Notes: generated by a model not told the origin, from the letters alone. Positions 13,321-27,300 are shown, counted from the stretch's first letter. The stretch: DNA of 64,000 nt from Eledone cirrhosa (GCA_964016885.1 OZ024740.1:373798001-373862000), one strand, 5' to 3'. Numbers and translations are program-made.

Positions 13321-16300
13321 TGCCTTCATATACATAAAGGCCGGCCGTCTTTTGGCGTTTTATTTTAATGTAGGAAACAACCAATTATTTTTCTCCTCTA
13401 ATGAAGTTACTCCATAAATGTTTTTCTCCTTTTAAACCCAACTACATTAGCTAAAATATCTTTATATTCAACGCATTTTCATCGCTCTATTTTATTTATT
13501 ATACAACATGCTCGGGCTTGTAACATCAAGTATATGACATTGCTTTGGTTCTATATATAATCCAGATAAATATTCATAATTGTATTTGAATCCTATCTCA
13601 CAACTTCACAAATCTTATCATTTCAGTCATTGTCAGTAACCATAAATATAATGCTACTTTGGTGTTAATAGCTCAATACACTTTGTAGTCACTCCAACAA
13701 CGTATTCTTATATTGTGTTTATTGTCATGGCTGTGGTAAAACTCAGATCCTTGCAGTAAAATCAATAGAAACACAACGACAGCCGTTGATACTGTGCTGC
13801 CGATCGGTCGCATATCAATCATTGCTTATTTCAAGATGTCCTTCGCACTTGATTTACTCTACTTACACTGCCAATTCGATACTTTGCACATCAAGAAATC
13901 TCTGCTGTCATATTAGCGACTGCAAGTTTCATCAAGATACTTGCTACGTCGTAGCTAACCAAGCAGTGATAACAATGATAAACCAGACATTTATATTCTT
14001 CTCCTCCTATTGTATTATTGAATCTTTGCCCAGTTACGTTTTTATTCAATCTTTTCTGTTCAAGTACTTATTTTTACACTATTTCTTTCTATTTTGTTTT
14101 CAGTGCTTATTTTTAAACGATTCGCATTCGTATTGATTCTATAAACGTTTTCAGTCTTACTTTAGAGTGAGCTTCATTAAACGTATATTGTGTTTAGTCT
14201 TTCTCTCCTCTATAATTTTTTGTCGCTATATTTATTCCTTCCACTGTATACACTACCACATCATTACTTTCACTTTACTCTCTTTCTATCATATCCAACT
14301 CATTTTTACGACTTTTCCTTAGAAATGTTTCGTGTCTTCATCTCTGTGGTACGCTCACGTACATTTTCGCTCACTTTATTTATATCCTCCTCTTCCTCTG
14401 TCTTTTGTTCTCTCTCATTCTCTATTTCTCTTTCCATCCTCCTATCATTCTCTGTCTTTCTCGCTCGCACATACAATCAGAAACAGACAGCTGTTCACAC
14501 ACACAAATGTGCACGGCATAAACGCATTTACATAGGCGTATATTAGAATACACTATCCTGTTAACATTAGTGTGTATTCTTTTATTTGAATATTGTTTTA
14601 TTTACTTTCTAGTAATAAATTCCTTTCCTGTGAAACACAACTAGCTAGTCTCAGGCTAGAATTCAATAATCATACTTTCAGTGATTTACATTCACTTTTT
14701 GCCTTACAGCATCAACTGCAACTAGCAAATATTTCATAATTTATTCCGAAGATACAACAATAGCAATTGTATACTGCACACACGTACATAACACACATAT
14801 ACGTTGCGTGTGTGTATACTGACACAAACACTATTTATGCATATATACATATATACGTACATATGCATGCATAATGTATATACATATATGAATGCATATA
14901 CACTATTGCGCCTAGAAGTAAACGTTGGTAAGACGTATGCATATTATCCAATCACTTCGGTAAGAGAGACATATCCCTTAGGCGATATCACATGAATGTA
15001 AAATTTAATCGACAGCTACACTACTCATAAGTGTAATTTTCAGAAACTTTATGTGGGGATATATGTTATATTTTTATTATTGCATTTGTTCATTTTTCTT
15101 TTAATTTTTGTGGATATAACAGCATTTATTTTCTGTTTATATTTATTTTTATACGTTTTAATCATCCATTGGTAAAACAAAATTATTAATCTCCTCAGTA
15201 ATAAAAGGGTTAACAAACAATAGATTTAATACAATTACTTGGCAAAAAACGTTATTTGGACTATTATTTTAAAAGTATTACTTGAGTAGATGGTATTCCT
15301 CTCTGATATTCTTCATATGATATATGACGTGCATCAAATATACTAAGGTAGTCATTTGGGAGAATCTAACCAATGACCTTCGTATCCTGCTATTTCCGAT
15401 TTAATCGTAAAATTGAACATTTCCATATAAATCAAATAAATATATCAACGCACGAGCTAAACAATTTGATATTATAACATATTTTGCCTGAACGAGTGAA
15501 TTTCTGCTGAAAGAATGTAAATGTCTGAAGATTTTGCTGTTGTAAATACATTCTGCGGCTGGTTTATTGGATACATTCATTTCATTTTCATACCTTGTAT
15601 CTGTATATAAATTAGGTAAATCCTAATATCTGGGAGATCGCTTTTAGAAACGTTTTCCCCTTCTTCATAAGTTTGCTTTCCCAAAACTACTATTCGATGT
15701 ATCAAAACCATCCAATTAAATACATGTATACCTGTGTGAAAAATGTCCTGTTTTACTTAAGTATTTGGTTGAAGTAAAACAGCAATAAATCTAAATAAGC
15801 ACTTGCAGCTGGTAGTATATATCAAAACGAATGAAAATATTGGTTTAAGTTTTGCTGCATTTGTGTGTATCTCAAAATATGGGAAGGAATATGGTTACAT
15901 TTTATAGCGACTGTTAAATATTGTATATCCCCATATTTAAAAAAAATATCTGAGGAACATCTCTAAGTCGAAAAAATTAGTCAGGTGAAAACAAACATCA
16001 CACAATGAAGTATGAGTGGAAATCTAACAGACAATTTCTGAAATTGTGTATTTATGAATTCTGCAATAGATAATTATATTATATATTTTTTATTGGAAAT
16101 TTCAATCTATACATGCTCTCCACTGAACTGAGTTATTCACAGGAGATTCCAATTTTGAATAGCACAAGGCAAAGGGTGAAATATTAAGGTGGACTTTTAC
16201 AACAGGGTTACAAAGATGTTGCAGTATTCTGGCGGTGAGATAGAATCTTAATTACATTTACTTGTAAACGTGTATTTCCTATATTGAAAACGCTCTGCAA

Positions 16301-16548
16301 TTCGGCTCTTTGAAATGATTATAAACTATGTTCACTGAATTACCGGTATGAATATTTTTCTTAGGTTTTGAATGTGAATGGATTAAAATATGCATCAGCA
16401 GTACATAGAACCATCACTAAATACCGGCAGCTAAAATTTTCTCGGACTATAAGATGTGCGCGTGAGTGTGTGTGAGGTAGTAATGATTTGGTAAATATAT
16501 TCATGGACTAAAGTCTGTCGAGTGAGATTTACTATACTTATTAAAACC

Positions 16549-16685
16549 AGTTACTACAAGGGAACCATACCAGGTTGGTAAGTTTAGTTAATCCGGAACA
16601 GCAACTTGTTCAAACAGCACCGGCTCAGGTTGCACAAGTTGGTTAACGAAATGTACGTACTTGGAGTGGTCTCGTTGTAGTAACT
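16549..16685. repeat. Small degenerate inverted repeat next to (TA)n
   Basis: agttactacaagggaacca / tggtctcgttgtagtaact. Confidence 0.55.
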
Positions 16686-16692
16686 ACCTGTA

Positions 16693-16724
<32 letters not shown>

Positions 16725-16823
16725 GATAGATAGATATATAGATATATAGATAGATAGATAGATATATAGATATCGAATAATAAAGCGAAGTAATTTCAGA
16801 TGTTAAAGTCTTTTAATAATAAT

Positions 16824-16898
16824 GCTGTGATACATATTTCAATGACAACAGTGGCCACACGATTCGGTGCGCCCAGTGCCGTGACATCATCAGACAGC
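16824..16898 (-). ncRNA. Type I hammerhead ribozyme motif
   Basis: Minus strand: gctgt-CTGATGA-(imperfect ~20 bp stem II)-GAAA-t-atgt-ATC-acagc; 5 bp stem I, intact core, AUC triplet. Confidence 0.8.
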
Positions 16899-17055
16899 TT
16901 GTTACATAATAGGTTATGTTTCCGAGGCAATCCAAATTGAATCGACATGAGAACGGACAAAGCGTGTGCTCTTGAGTTCGTCGCCCGTTCCCTTGTGAGT
17001 CGCAATTCATCCCCACCGGTTAGATAGACAGATAGATAGATATATGGAGAGATAT

Positions 17056-18818
17056 ATTTTTTTATTTGCCACAGGGGGGTCCAAAAATGAGACATTACAA
17101 GACGTGGGTTTTACATAAAAATCATATAACTTTAACATTAATAAATATCAATAAACTATATATAATAAAATAACAATTGAAATACCCAGTAGGGGGAACG
17201 TTACTGCAGGGTTGTTTTACACCCCGTGGATAGAACAACCCTCAAAACCAGGAACATGTTTTGTAGGTGCTCCTGTCTTACCTCTGTTTATCTTCTTCAA
17301 TCTACAGGTTTATATGCAGAGAAGGCCCATTCACTCGGGCCATTTTCGCCACATTCACCCACCTTCCAGCGAATGTATGGGAGGTAGCACTTCTCTCCCC
17401 ACTCTCAGCTTCCTTCTGAAGTGGTACTTAAAGAAGGGGATAAGTTGTCGTCCAAAGAGAAAGGTGTTTGCTCTCAGTTCTTTTAACATCGTCCACCATA
17501 TTACCTCTTTTGCCATAGCCACCAGACATTCTTAAATGAAGGCGGCGGGTTGATCCTCACGTTGGACTCGACTGATAACTGGATGCGTCCCACACGTGAC
17601 AGTAGCTGTTCGACATAATTCCACAGGTTGGTCACCCTGGGCACTGAACAATTGTGTGCAGAACGGTTTCTATGTCCTGCTCGCATCTTGGACATGTCCT
17701 TTTGACAAGATCTTTGCCAGGGCGTCTGTGACTGTAGATTTGGTCTCGAAATAGTAGAACTCCTCGGTAGCACTGTCAGGCCAGAGACCTCTGGAAGTTA
17801 TCCATAGGCCCTGGACGGAAATTCCTCCCGAACAGACTGGTCAGTTCGTCCTCCTCGATGCCTAGAGTTTCCCCGAGAACGTCGTCGGTTTTATGCTCCA
17901 CTAATCCCCTATAGAATGTCGAAGTGGAGTCTCCGCTGATTGCCGTTTCCGCTTGGTAGAGGGCTGTGTGCGCTTGAAGGCACTCTAAGTGCCAGGCATC
18001 CAATTTCGTTCTTCGCTTGACTCAGGACTGCAGGTCTGTTAGTGAGAAGAGTTGTGGAATAGTTTGTCTCACAAACGACAGCCACACCGGTTCACCGGTT
18101 CGGCATACCTGGATATGGCGTAGCCTCAGCGCGTGTTGGCGCATCATCAGACATGTCTTGTCCAGCTCTCCGTTAGAAGGGTGTTGACAGCAGGTGGATC
18201 TCCTCACCAATGAAGCCTGTTTCTTCCAGAGGAACTTGAAGAGTAGTCGTTCCATTTTGGTGAGGTATTCGCGGGGACAAGGCACGACGGTCGACCGATA
18301 GTAGATGACGGACGCTATGTAAGTTTTCGCCACCTCCGCTCGACCTTTCAAGGAGAGTTTGCACTCAGCCCACTTCTGAGTCAGTGCAAACACCTTCGCC
18401 ATGACCTCGTTCCAATTCTTATCCACCTGCAGCAATTTCACCGGTCCTTCCGTCCAGCGTCCAACGACACTGTCGGAATGCATGGGTTTGCCTGTCCATG
18501 TGCCGAGTTGCAAACCGACAGACTTTTTTGGGTTTAGTCTTGCTCCTGTCAACGTTTCGTATACCTGTAATAGGTTGCCGATTACCCCGACTTCCGAGGT
18601 TCTCGACACCATTACGGTTATGTCGTCAGCAAAGGCCGACGCTGCTTTCCACAGTCCTGGGTCGATCGGGATGCCATGCAACGGCTCCAAATTCCGCATT
18701 AATGGCTCGAGAGTCAGCACATACAAAATGGAGGAGAGAGGGCATCCCTGACGGATTGAACGCATGGTTTGGAATGACTTCAATAGGTAACCATTCACTT
18801 TGACTGCCGAGCAGATGC
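17056..18818 (-). mobile_element. 5'-truncated L1/Tx1-clade LINE, divergent subfamily
   Basis: ORF 18022-18909: SIRQGCPLSSILY, SAFADDITV, WAECKLSLKGRAEVA; 3' UTR differs from the copies at 2571 and 43773. Confidence 0.9.
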
Positions 18819-19042
18819 TGGTGTGCACACACATTTTTTCACTATACACATGCATTTGTACATACACACATATGTACATTTGTAGGTGCATATACACACA
18901 TTTATACACATACCCTTACTATATTTGCTTATTTTATTTTTATATATCTCTTGCATTACTTTTATTTATATTTTTTTTTTGCCCGTTAAACTTTTGCCTT
19001 TCTTGAGGAGATTTTTCAAATATTTCACTATGTTTTAAATTG

Positions 19043-19110
19043 CCTTGTCTGACGAACGAATGAGGACGTTTCTTGTATTCGACTTATTCGGGAAACCTCT
19101 GGTATTGAGG
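19043..19110 (+). ncRNA. Type I hammerhead ribozyme motif (weakened stem I)
   Basis: ccttgt-CTGACGA-a-cgaatgag...cttattcg-g-GAAA-cc-tct-g-GTA-ttgagg. Confidence 0.7.
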
Positions 19111-19218
19111 TTATTATATTGTATTGTTTATTATACATTAAATTTAGCTCTGTAACTTACATAAAGCACTCTTCACTCCTATGACTTTTTCAATTTTCAA
19201 CGGAAACTGAAATACTTT

Positions 19219-19284
19219 AGATCCCGTTAAGGCTGAAAGCAGCGATTATTTGCTTAAACTTTAATCTGTTATTTTAATAAATAT
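19219..19284 (+). repeat. Terminal fragment of the palindromic family at 22830-23224
   Basis: gatcccgttaag..tgaaagcagcgatt.tttgcttaaactttaatctgttattttaataaata is nearly identical to 23160-23224 and also ends in (TA)n. Confidence 0.85.
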
Positions 19285-19396
19285 ATATATATATATACAT
19301 ATATATATCACGATACATGAACGGAGTCATAGACTCTCGCCGTTCCATGTAAATAATCTGCTCAAAGGAGAGGAAATCCTGGGCACTTTAAAATAC

Positions 19397-19554
19397 AATA
19401 TGTTGAAAAGGTAACACACTAGAGAGAGATACAGTGCGCCATCAATAAAACAGGGAAAACCACCAGTGTATGGAATTCATAACCTATGGTGTTTCTTTCC
19501 TGTTTTATTGATGGCGCACTGTATCTCTCTAATGTGTTACCTTTTCAACATATT
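19397..19554. repeat. Palindrome (~65 bp arms) abutting (TA)n
   Basis: aatatgttgaaaaggtaacaca...gatacagtgcgccatcaataaaacagg / cctgttttattgatggcgcactgtatc...tgtgttaccttttcaacatatt. Confidence 0.9.
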
Positions 19555-19706
19555 ATATATATATATATATATAAGTGTGTCTATATGTGTGTGTGTGTGA
19601 GTGTGTGTGTGTAGGTGTGCTTGTGAATGAATGTATGTGTGCAAGTCTGCATAGACTCACACACACACACACAAATACCCCTCCACACACACATATATAT
19701 ATATAT

Positions 19707-19802
<96 letters not shown>

Positions 19803-20211
19803 CATATGTATGTATGTATGTATATATACAGATGCTTTTGTGTGCGCTTTACACGTATTTTTATGCGCTTGAGTGTATGCTTGCATGCCTGTGAAACATG
19901 TATAAAAGGAGCTACATTATAAACTATTCAAACCTATTATCATTCACGTTAAGATATTCGGTTAATTGAAAAGGTTAATGCTTCACAAGTTTTCGACGCT
20001 ATCATTGTTGTTATTGTTAATTATCTTGAGGTTGCAGAAATATGATAACAAACATTCTACTCCTGTTTATCTCATATTTCCCATCTCTTCTCATAGTTTA
20101 TCTTTGAGCAGTCAATGTAATATACATGTTAATATTTTGTTGTAATATATAACTAAAATGTAAAATATATATCTAGCACGTATTTCAATATGTGGTCGTA
20201 TAGAATCTCAC

Positions 20212-20558
20212 TTATTGGCTTCTGGGAAACGTCTGGTATAGAATTCAAGGAGGCAGTTGTAAACATTTATCACAATAATTCTGAATTGTACTTCATATAA
20301 GATATTACATGTTCTCATATCACGTAAGACATTCAGAACTTTATCATAAATCATAGTTTTAGGAAACCAATCCAAAGCAGCTGATTGAACAGAATGAAGG
20401 AAGAAATTAATATTCATGCTTAAAGTCAGAAATGTAAAGAACTGGAAGTAATATTTATGAATTGTAACGGATATAATATCGGGATTTACGTTTTCATGTA
20501 AACATGAATTATACAATGGAAATGTTAGCATGATAGAATCCTGATCGTTAGATTTCAC
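20212..20558 (-). CDS. Candidate internal coding exon of an unidentified host gene or pseudogene
   Basis: 347-nt non-repetitive open frame in very AT-rich DNA, bounded exactly by tag| (AG at 20560-20559) and |gtgaga; no recognisable domain. Confidence 0.35.
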
Positions 20559-21066
20559 CTATCGCAACAATGAGTATCTGTTGCAGAAATGAAGTTATTT
20601 TCTTTTCAAAACACTACACAAACGTCGACGCATTCAATATAAACGTAAATTCACGCGATCACTCACATGTAATAGAGCGCACAAACACACACATATGTGC
20701 ACGTATATACACATTCACATACATGCACGCACACGGGCACACCCACACACATACACACAGCACACACACACACATACACACATATATATATATATTTACA
20801 GGCACAGACAGAGCTCCTTGTTATATGTTGATAACGTAGAAGTAAACATGATGATTTGGTTATGAATGAGTGTTATGTAAGCAATGTTTACCAGTGAAGG
20901 GTCACTATTATTTATCTCTAGAGTTCCATTGGAAAACAATATGTGTATGTAAAACTGAAGGATTGCTTCTAGTGCTCAGCCCAAACATAGCTGGCTTCAC
21001 GGTGAAAAATTTACTCATAACTAAAATATATATATATATATGTATATATGTATATATATAGGCATA

Positions 21067-21143
<77 letters not shown>

Positions 21144-21150
<7 letters not shown>

Positions 21151-22117
21151 TTAGTTAAGCAAAACAAGACCACAAATTTCACAAGAAAGACATTATTAAA
21201 AAATTGTCAACATATTTTAGTTTGATGTAAGGAATGTAGAGAATAATAATAATAATATTAAAAATAATAATGTCCGTTTACAATTGTTTCGCTACTCCAT
21301 ATAATATTTCTGGATCAGATGACTATATATCATAATTGATCTTGTTCAGTTGAAAATAATTAACATATTTAAAAAACAGTGTGGCTCATCGAAACTTCAA
21401 AGGAACATAAATTAAAACAATGGGAAAATGTTACATACTATAATGTTCCATATATTGGTTTTTTACTATGGTCTCTAGATTGCATCAGCCATAATCAAGC
21501 AGTATTCATCTGTCGAGGCTTGATTGTGTGAGCTCTGCCTAGGGGTAACAAGATGGCTGCCAAAGGGCATATTTACCTTGCTAATTAGTGGGTGTTTTAG
21601 GGGAAGTAACTTCTCGAGAGATTAGAAATTGTGGATGTTTATAGTTAAGTGCTAATTTTTATTATTTTTTTTAATTGAGAGACAATGTAGGGGAGGTAAC
21701 TTATAATTATCGAGTTGTTCATAGCAATTTAACTAATTAGATACAAGTACAAATGGGGCTACATGACTAAGTTGGGTCAAAAATTCTATTGGCGAAGGAA
21801 TTAGCCCTTCGATTTTGACAGCTAATGGTTACATTGTTATATTCTTTGAAGTTACGATGAGCCACTCTGTTTTTTAAATATGTTAATTATTTTCCCCTGA
21901 AACAGAACAATTATGATATATAGTCATCTGATCCAGAAGAAGTATATGGAGTAGCGAAACAATTGTAAACGGATGTGCCTAAAGTAGAAACAATTATTAT
22001 TAATATTATTATTATTATTCTCTACATTCCTTACATCAAATTAAAATATGTTGACAATCTTTTAATAATGTCTTCTTTGTGAAATTTGTGGTCTTGTTTT
22101 GCTTAACTAATGAATAT
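21144..22117. mobile_element. Inverted-repeat element (arms ~21144-21410 and ~21837-22117), probable Penelope-like pLTR derivative
   Basis: Arms align in reverse complement over ~270 bp; left end abuts (TA)n; HHR-like motif at 21925-21975 (CAGAAGA...GAAA-c-aatt-GTA). Confidence 0.75.
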
Positions 22118-22293
22118 TTCCAGCTCTGCGTACCTAACTCCTGCATGAATCCAGCCACCTAGCTGCATTCTACTGCATATTGCACATTGAGCACATGCCA
22201 TTACGTTTTGGCTTCTAACCAATTCACCAATCTCTCCTCTCCTATCTCCTCTACTATCCACATCTCTCTCTTGAAAATTGGTTACTCTTGAAC

Positions 22294-22353
<60 letters not shown>

Positions 22354-22608
22354 CCGATGAGTACTTAAGAAAATACTATATATTTCGAACCGTTCAACAA
22401 ACTGGCAGGGGTAAACCGTCCTTATGTAGGGTAACGACAAAGTAGCATGCTGATTATTCCCCAAAGCCTGTTTTGAACGAACAGGTGATGATCGGTCACT
22501 GGCACGGCACACTTTCAAATGGGGAAGCTTGTTTACAAACGAATCGAGCATTATAATTAATGTTCGATATAACCAATACGTGCATTTGTATTTGTATATA
22601 TGTGTGTG

Positions 22609-22747
<139 letters not shown>

Positions 22748-22829
22748 ATAATAATAAATTTGAAGACTAAAATCCAAAGGGGCTCGATAAGGATAAATAT
22801 ATATCAGATATATAAGAACAGTAGAGAAA

Positions 22830-23224
22830 ATATTTATTAAAATAACAGTTTAAAGTTTAAGCAAACAATCGGTGCTTTCACCCTTAACGGGATCTTCTGA
22901 AACTAACAATGTCAATCTGTAAACGCAGAAGTAGATATTTCAAAAAACGTTGCAACCTGAGGAAGACGGGAAGACGATACTTTGGTTCGTGGAAACGTTC
23001 GCTGGCAAAGAACGAGAAAAAACGAATATAATACGTCATTAATAGGAGCGGTGAAAAACAATTACGCGCAACGTATCGCCTTCCTGTCTTCCTCCGGTTG
23101 CAACGTTTTTTTGAAATATCCACTTCTGCGTTTACAGATTGACTTTGTTAGTTTCAGAAGATCCCGTTAAGTGTGAAAGCAGCGATTCTTTGCTTAAACT
23201 TTAATCTGTTATTTTAATAAATAT
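22830..23224. mobile_element. Palindromic element (arms ~22830-22984 and ~23069-23224) ending in (TA)n
   Basis: Reverse-complement match over ~155 bp; a third terminal copy lies at 19219; degenerate HHR-like motifs. Confidence 0.8.
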
Positions 23225-23251
23225 AAATATATATATATATATATATATGTG

Positions 23252-23334
<83 letters not shown>

Positions 23335-23449
23335 ATGTATGTGTGTCTCCTTATATGTAAATGTGTGTACGTGTGCATACTTATTCATGTATCAGGTGTG
23401 CTAGTGCGAGAAATAAGATTCTAATTATATGTTTATATATATGTATATT

Positions 23450-23637
23450 TAGGAAAAGTGTCAGGATCCCGATGGCTGAACTTCGGCCACTTTCACAGCT
23501 GGATCCGAATAGTTCGGATCTAGCTGTCGAAACGGCCGGAGCTCAGCCGTCGGGGTCCTGACTCTTTTCCTATTACCCACTCTACTACCCTAACTATCGA
23601 GTACTCTAGTGGTTCCTTACCACACTTTCTGTGTTCT
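23450..23637 (+). mobile_element. Hairpin-headed short element (123-nt GC-rich fold-back plus ~65-nt tail), (TA)n-flanked
   Basis: Hairpin 23450-23572 (taggaaaag.gtcaggatcccgatggctga...tcagccgtcggggtcctgac.cttttccta); tail ttacccactctactacccta...ttaccacac shared with 56611-56801 (-); terminal ggttccttaccaca also at 62745-62772 (-). Confidence 0.8.
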
Positions 23638-24324
23638 TTGTCTTATATATATATATATATATATATATATGTTCCTTTATTATGTCTGAGTAGTGTTGAA
23701 TCTTTTTACTCACGAGTTACTCTCATAGGGTCGTCATGCAATTCTGAGTGTGCGCTAGTGAAATTTCACAGTAACAAGACTCACTACGAAGGAATAATAA
23801 ATGAATTTGTAAAATCTACTTCTGTACTGTGTATACTTTTCTAATGTCGAGTTTGTAATGCACCCGTCAAAGTTTATGATAACAATTCCCATCACTGCAC
23901 AATATTATGTCAGTATTCTTTAGAGTTGAGGTGTGTATATATGCATTAAGTGCGCAAAACTTTTACTTTCCGTTTGCTCCATATTCTTTATCAATATCTA
24001 CATTGAAATTTATATGGGCTTCCATTTATATTATCTTGATTTGAAAGAATATTATCTAATCCCCAAATCTCCCTGATTAATACTTGTCAAGTTTACTTGG
24101 CAATGAATCTAATCAATACCTATTTTTTTCTGTGCCTTGTCTATCCTTTAGAGCTAATATTTAATGTTGCGCATTATTATCTTATCCTTTGAATGGAAAT
24201 CCGTACGTCTATTAGAAAAGAGTATTTGAACGAAATATTCAATAAAAAGAAATTAGGCACACTATACAAATTTCATGAAATTTCTATTCTTATGCATTGT
24301 TTCCCTTCGTTATACCCCCCCCCC

Positions 24325-24381
<57 letters not shown>

Positions 24382-27300
24382 AGGTAGAGTGTATTTAATA
24401 AATATTTGCTCTACGGTTCTTATATATTTGATATATATTTATCCTTATCGAGCCCTCTTTGGATTTTAATCTTCAAATTTATTATTATTACTATATATAT
24501 ATATATGGACAGAGAGAGAGACAGTTAGATAAATAAATACATACTCACATACACGCACATGTATATATAAATATATATAAATTGAATATGTAAATGTATT
24601 TTTGTTCATATATATATATAGTATATATATTTATATATATTTGGTTGCGTATCAATATATATATATACGTTTGCTTTTATCTCCAGAGAGTAGTGAGAGA
24701 GGACAGAGCGAATGTGAAAGGCCGAGTGAGAGAGAGAGAAAGATAGATAGAGTGTGAGAGAAAGGGAGAGAGAAATAGATAGATAAATAGACATATAGAT
24801 AGAGAGGGGGGGACTGGCAACAGAATAAATATACTATATACGAACGTATAAAAGATGTAGCATTGCATTATTAATAAAATGTAAGTGATTTCGATTTGTC
24901 ATCTTCAAAATCGTTTTCAAGTACATCTTGAACTTTCATAAATGTTCATTTCCATTTAATGTAGAGCTATCATAAATATTGACCTCCGGCTACTATGATA
25001 TAATGTTGTATTCTGATAGTTTATATATATTTATATATATATGACTACATGTGATTCTAAGTTCATTTACCTGGTTATCCTCATTTTATTTCTTATTTTG
25101 ACAGAATGTAATGTGTTGAATGATACTTCCAAACATTTTGTTCATGTTATGTCACGTGTATGTTTATGTTCTGTACGTACAATTATTTCCGCAAGTGAAG
25201 AGAGGATACATAACTGAATGATATAGAGTATTTTATTGCAATACGTGTACATTTTGAGTTTAAAGTATTTAGTATTTGTCATATTAGATGTATATGACAC
25301 TAACATTAACCGTTTCAATTAATAAACCTCCAAGAGTGTTAATAAAACGGAACTTCATCCATAGTATCTATTGTTTCTCCATGTGTTTACATCTGTCTTT
25401 AAACCTTACTGAATGCTTTATTTCAAAACAATATCATATATGGCTTTATTTATTTGGGAGTTAAAAGGTTTATATTTTCTATCATTGAAATACTTTGGAT
25501 TTTTATTGCTTCCATTTAAACTTAATTTGGTATTTTTTTTATAAATGTAAAGTTACAGAGGAAACTTACGGTCTGCTGTTATTGGTTTTAAATTATATGG
25601 ATCAGTTTTCGAGCTGTAATGGATCATGTCTCCCGAACTCACTACAAATCCTATTAAAATTTCTTTTAAAAATAGATTCTTGCATTAGCATTTCGTATAT
25701 AAGATATGTAATATGTTATAGCTTTATATACAGCTTGCTTTTAAATATTAATGAAATATCTTATATTCCTTTCATACTTTGTATTGCAATTTTAATTCTT
25801 AATCATTTTTAATGTACTTAGCTCAGAATTATTTTATCTAACAGGGTATTAGGTTTATTTTATTTAATATTTCTCGTTCAGTCAGAACAAAATTTCATTC
25901 CGTGCAATGTATGTAATAGTGACTCCTGTTCGTTTTCTGCAACGGACAATTTAAATTCAGACAAATAGAAAACAACTCTGAATATCTTCCAGTTGCATTT
26001 ATATCCGAGTCCCGTCTAACTTGGCTTTTCAGTTATCGGTGATACTAAGTTTTGACGACTAAAGTGTTCCTAATTTCAGTTAGAAATTCAACTATTTTTA
26101 CCGTCGATTCTATTGTGGAATTATATGTTTGCCCACATATTTGTGTGATAAATATCTGGCCCAGAATATATAAGTCGTTATATTTTATAGTGTTTTCGCG
26201 TTATTTACTTTTCTTTTATATCTGGGTATCTCCTAGATTTTATTAAATATATAAGAAATATTGCTTTAGCGTAACTCAATCTCTTTTAAAATTCAGCCAA
26301 AGTTTCCAGTTTAAATGTGCTTTACTCCCGCCCTTATATCCTATATGATTCATTATGTTAGCCTCTTCTGTAGGAACTACAAAGTCTCATAATGGAATAA
26401 ACAGAATGTATATTTCTTAGTATTTCAAGTATATTGAATATGTTCATAGGAAAGTTGTTCTGTGTGTATGCAATTATCCAATTTGTCAATATTACACTTC
26501 AGTGCTAGCGTTGCTATTGTAGTCCGTTTCTGAATGCCGGTATTAATGTTTAAATACGCGGAGAAATATTATGCAGTTGTTTCGGCCTCTTTCATCATGA
26601 CACGAGTTACTCAAACCACCCGCCTACGTAGTTAGGTCACCGCACTCCTACACATCAACACAGTATTCGGTAAGTCTGATGTTGTAATACCACTCTCCTT
26701 AACGGGTCAGAACAGCATGCAATTACATGATTTTGTTATTGTCATTCCTAATAAGACACCATCAACCTCAATATATCTGCCTCAAGATTCATCTCTTGTG
26801 TATCAGATGTATTTACTCTCTTCCTTAGCTGCCTACGATAATGCCCTTGAAATCTATTCCCTTTTTTTTTGCCCCAGTTCATAATTATGTGTAGCGATTC
26901 AGCACTTGTTCAGATAAATCATTTTACACCTATTTTTAAACTGAAACAATATGGCTCCCATCGGCTGGTTTCATTCTATAGTCTGGCATTCCTCTCGAAT
27001 GTATTATTAAGACAGTAAGCTGCACCAACTATGCCATGTTCGTGTCGTGCAACACGAGGAGGTGTTGGACGCCATGCTAGTGAAAGAGGGGAAGTGGTAA
27101 TTGCGTTCCTAGTCATTTGATAGGTCAGAAATTGTTTACCATGTTGAATTAGTATTCGTTCTCACAGGAGATGGCTTGCCTTGTTCGCCTTCTTTACATG
27201 CTGTTGTTTTCTACCGCATGTAGTATTTTGCCCCCTTGCTCATCTACTTCCTCTTCTTTCCATCTTTACCAGCTAGCATATATATCGCATCCTGTGTCTG

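Noticed and set aside
22950-23008. Inward-pointing CTGAGGA...GAAACGTTC motif
   Set aside because: Stems I and II pair poorly and the orientation is opposite to the other elements; kept only as a weak candidate
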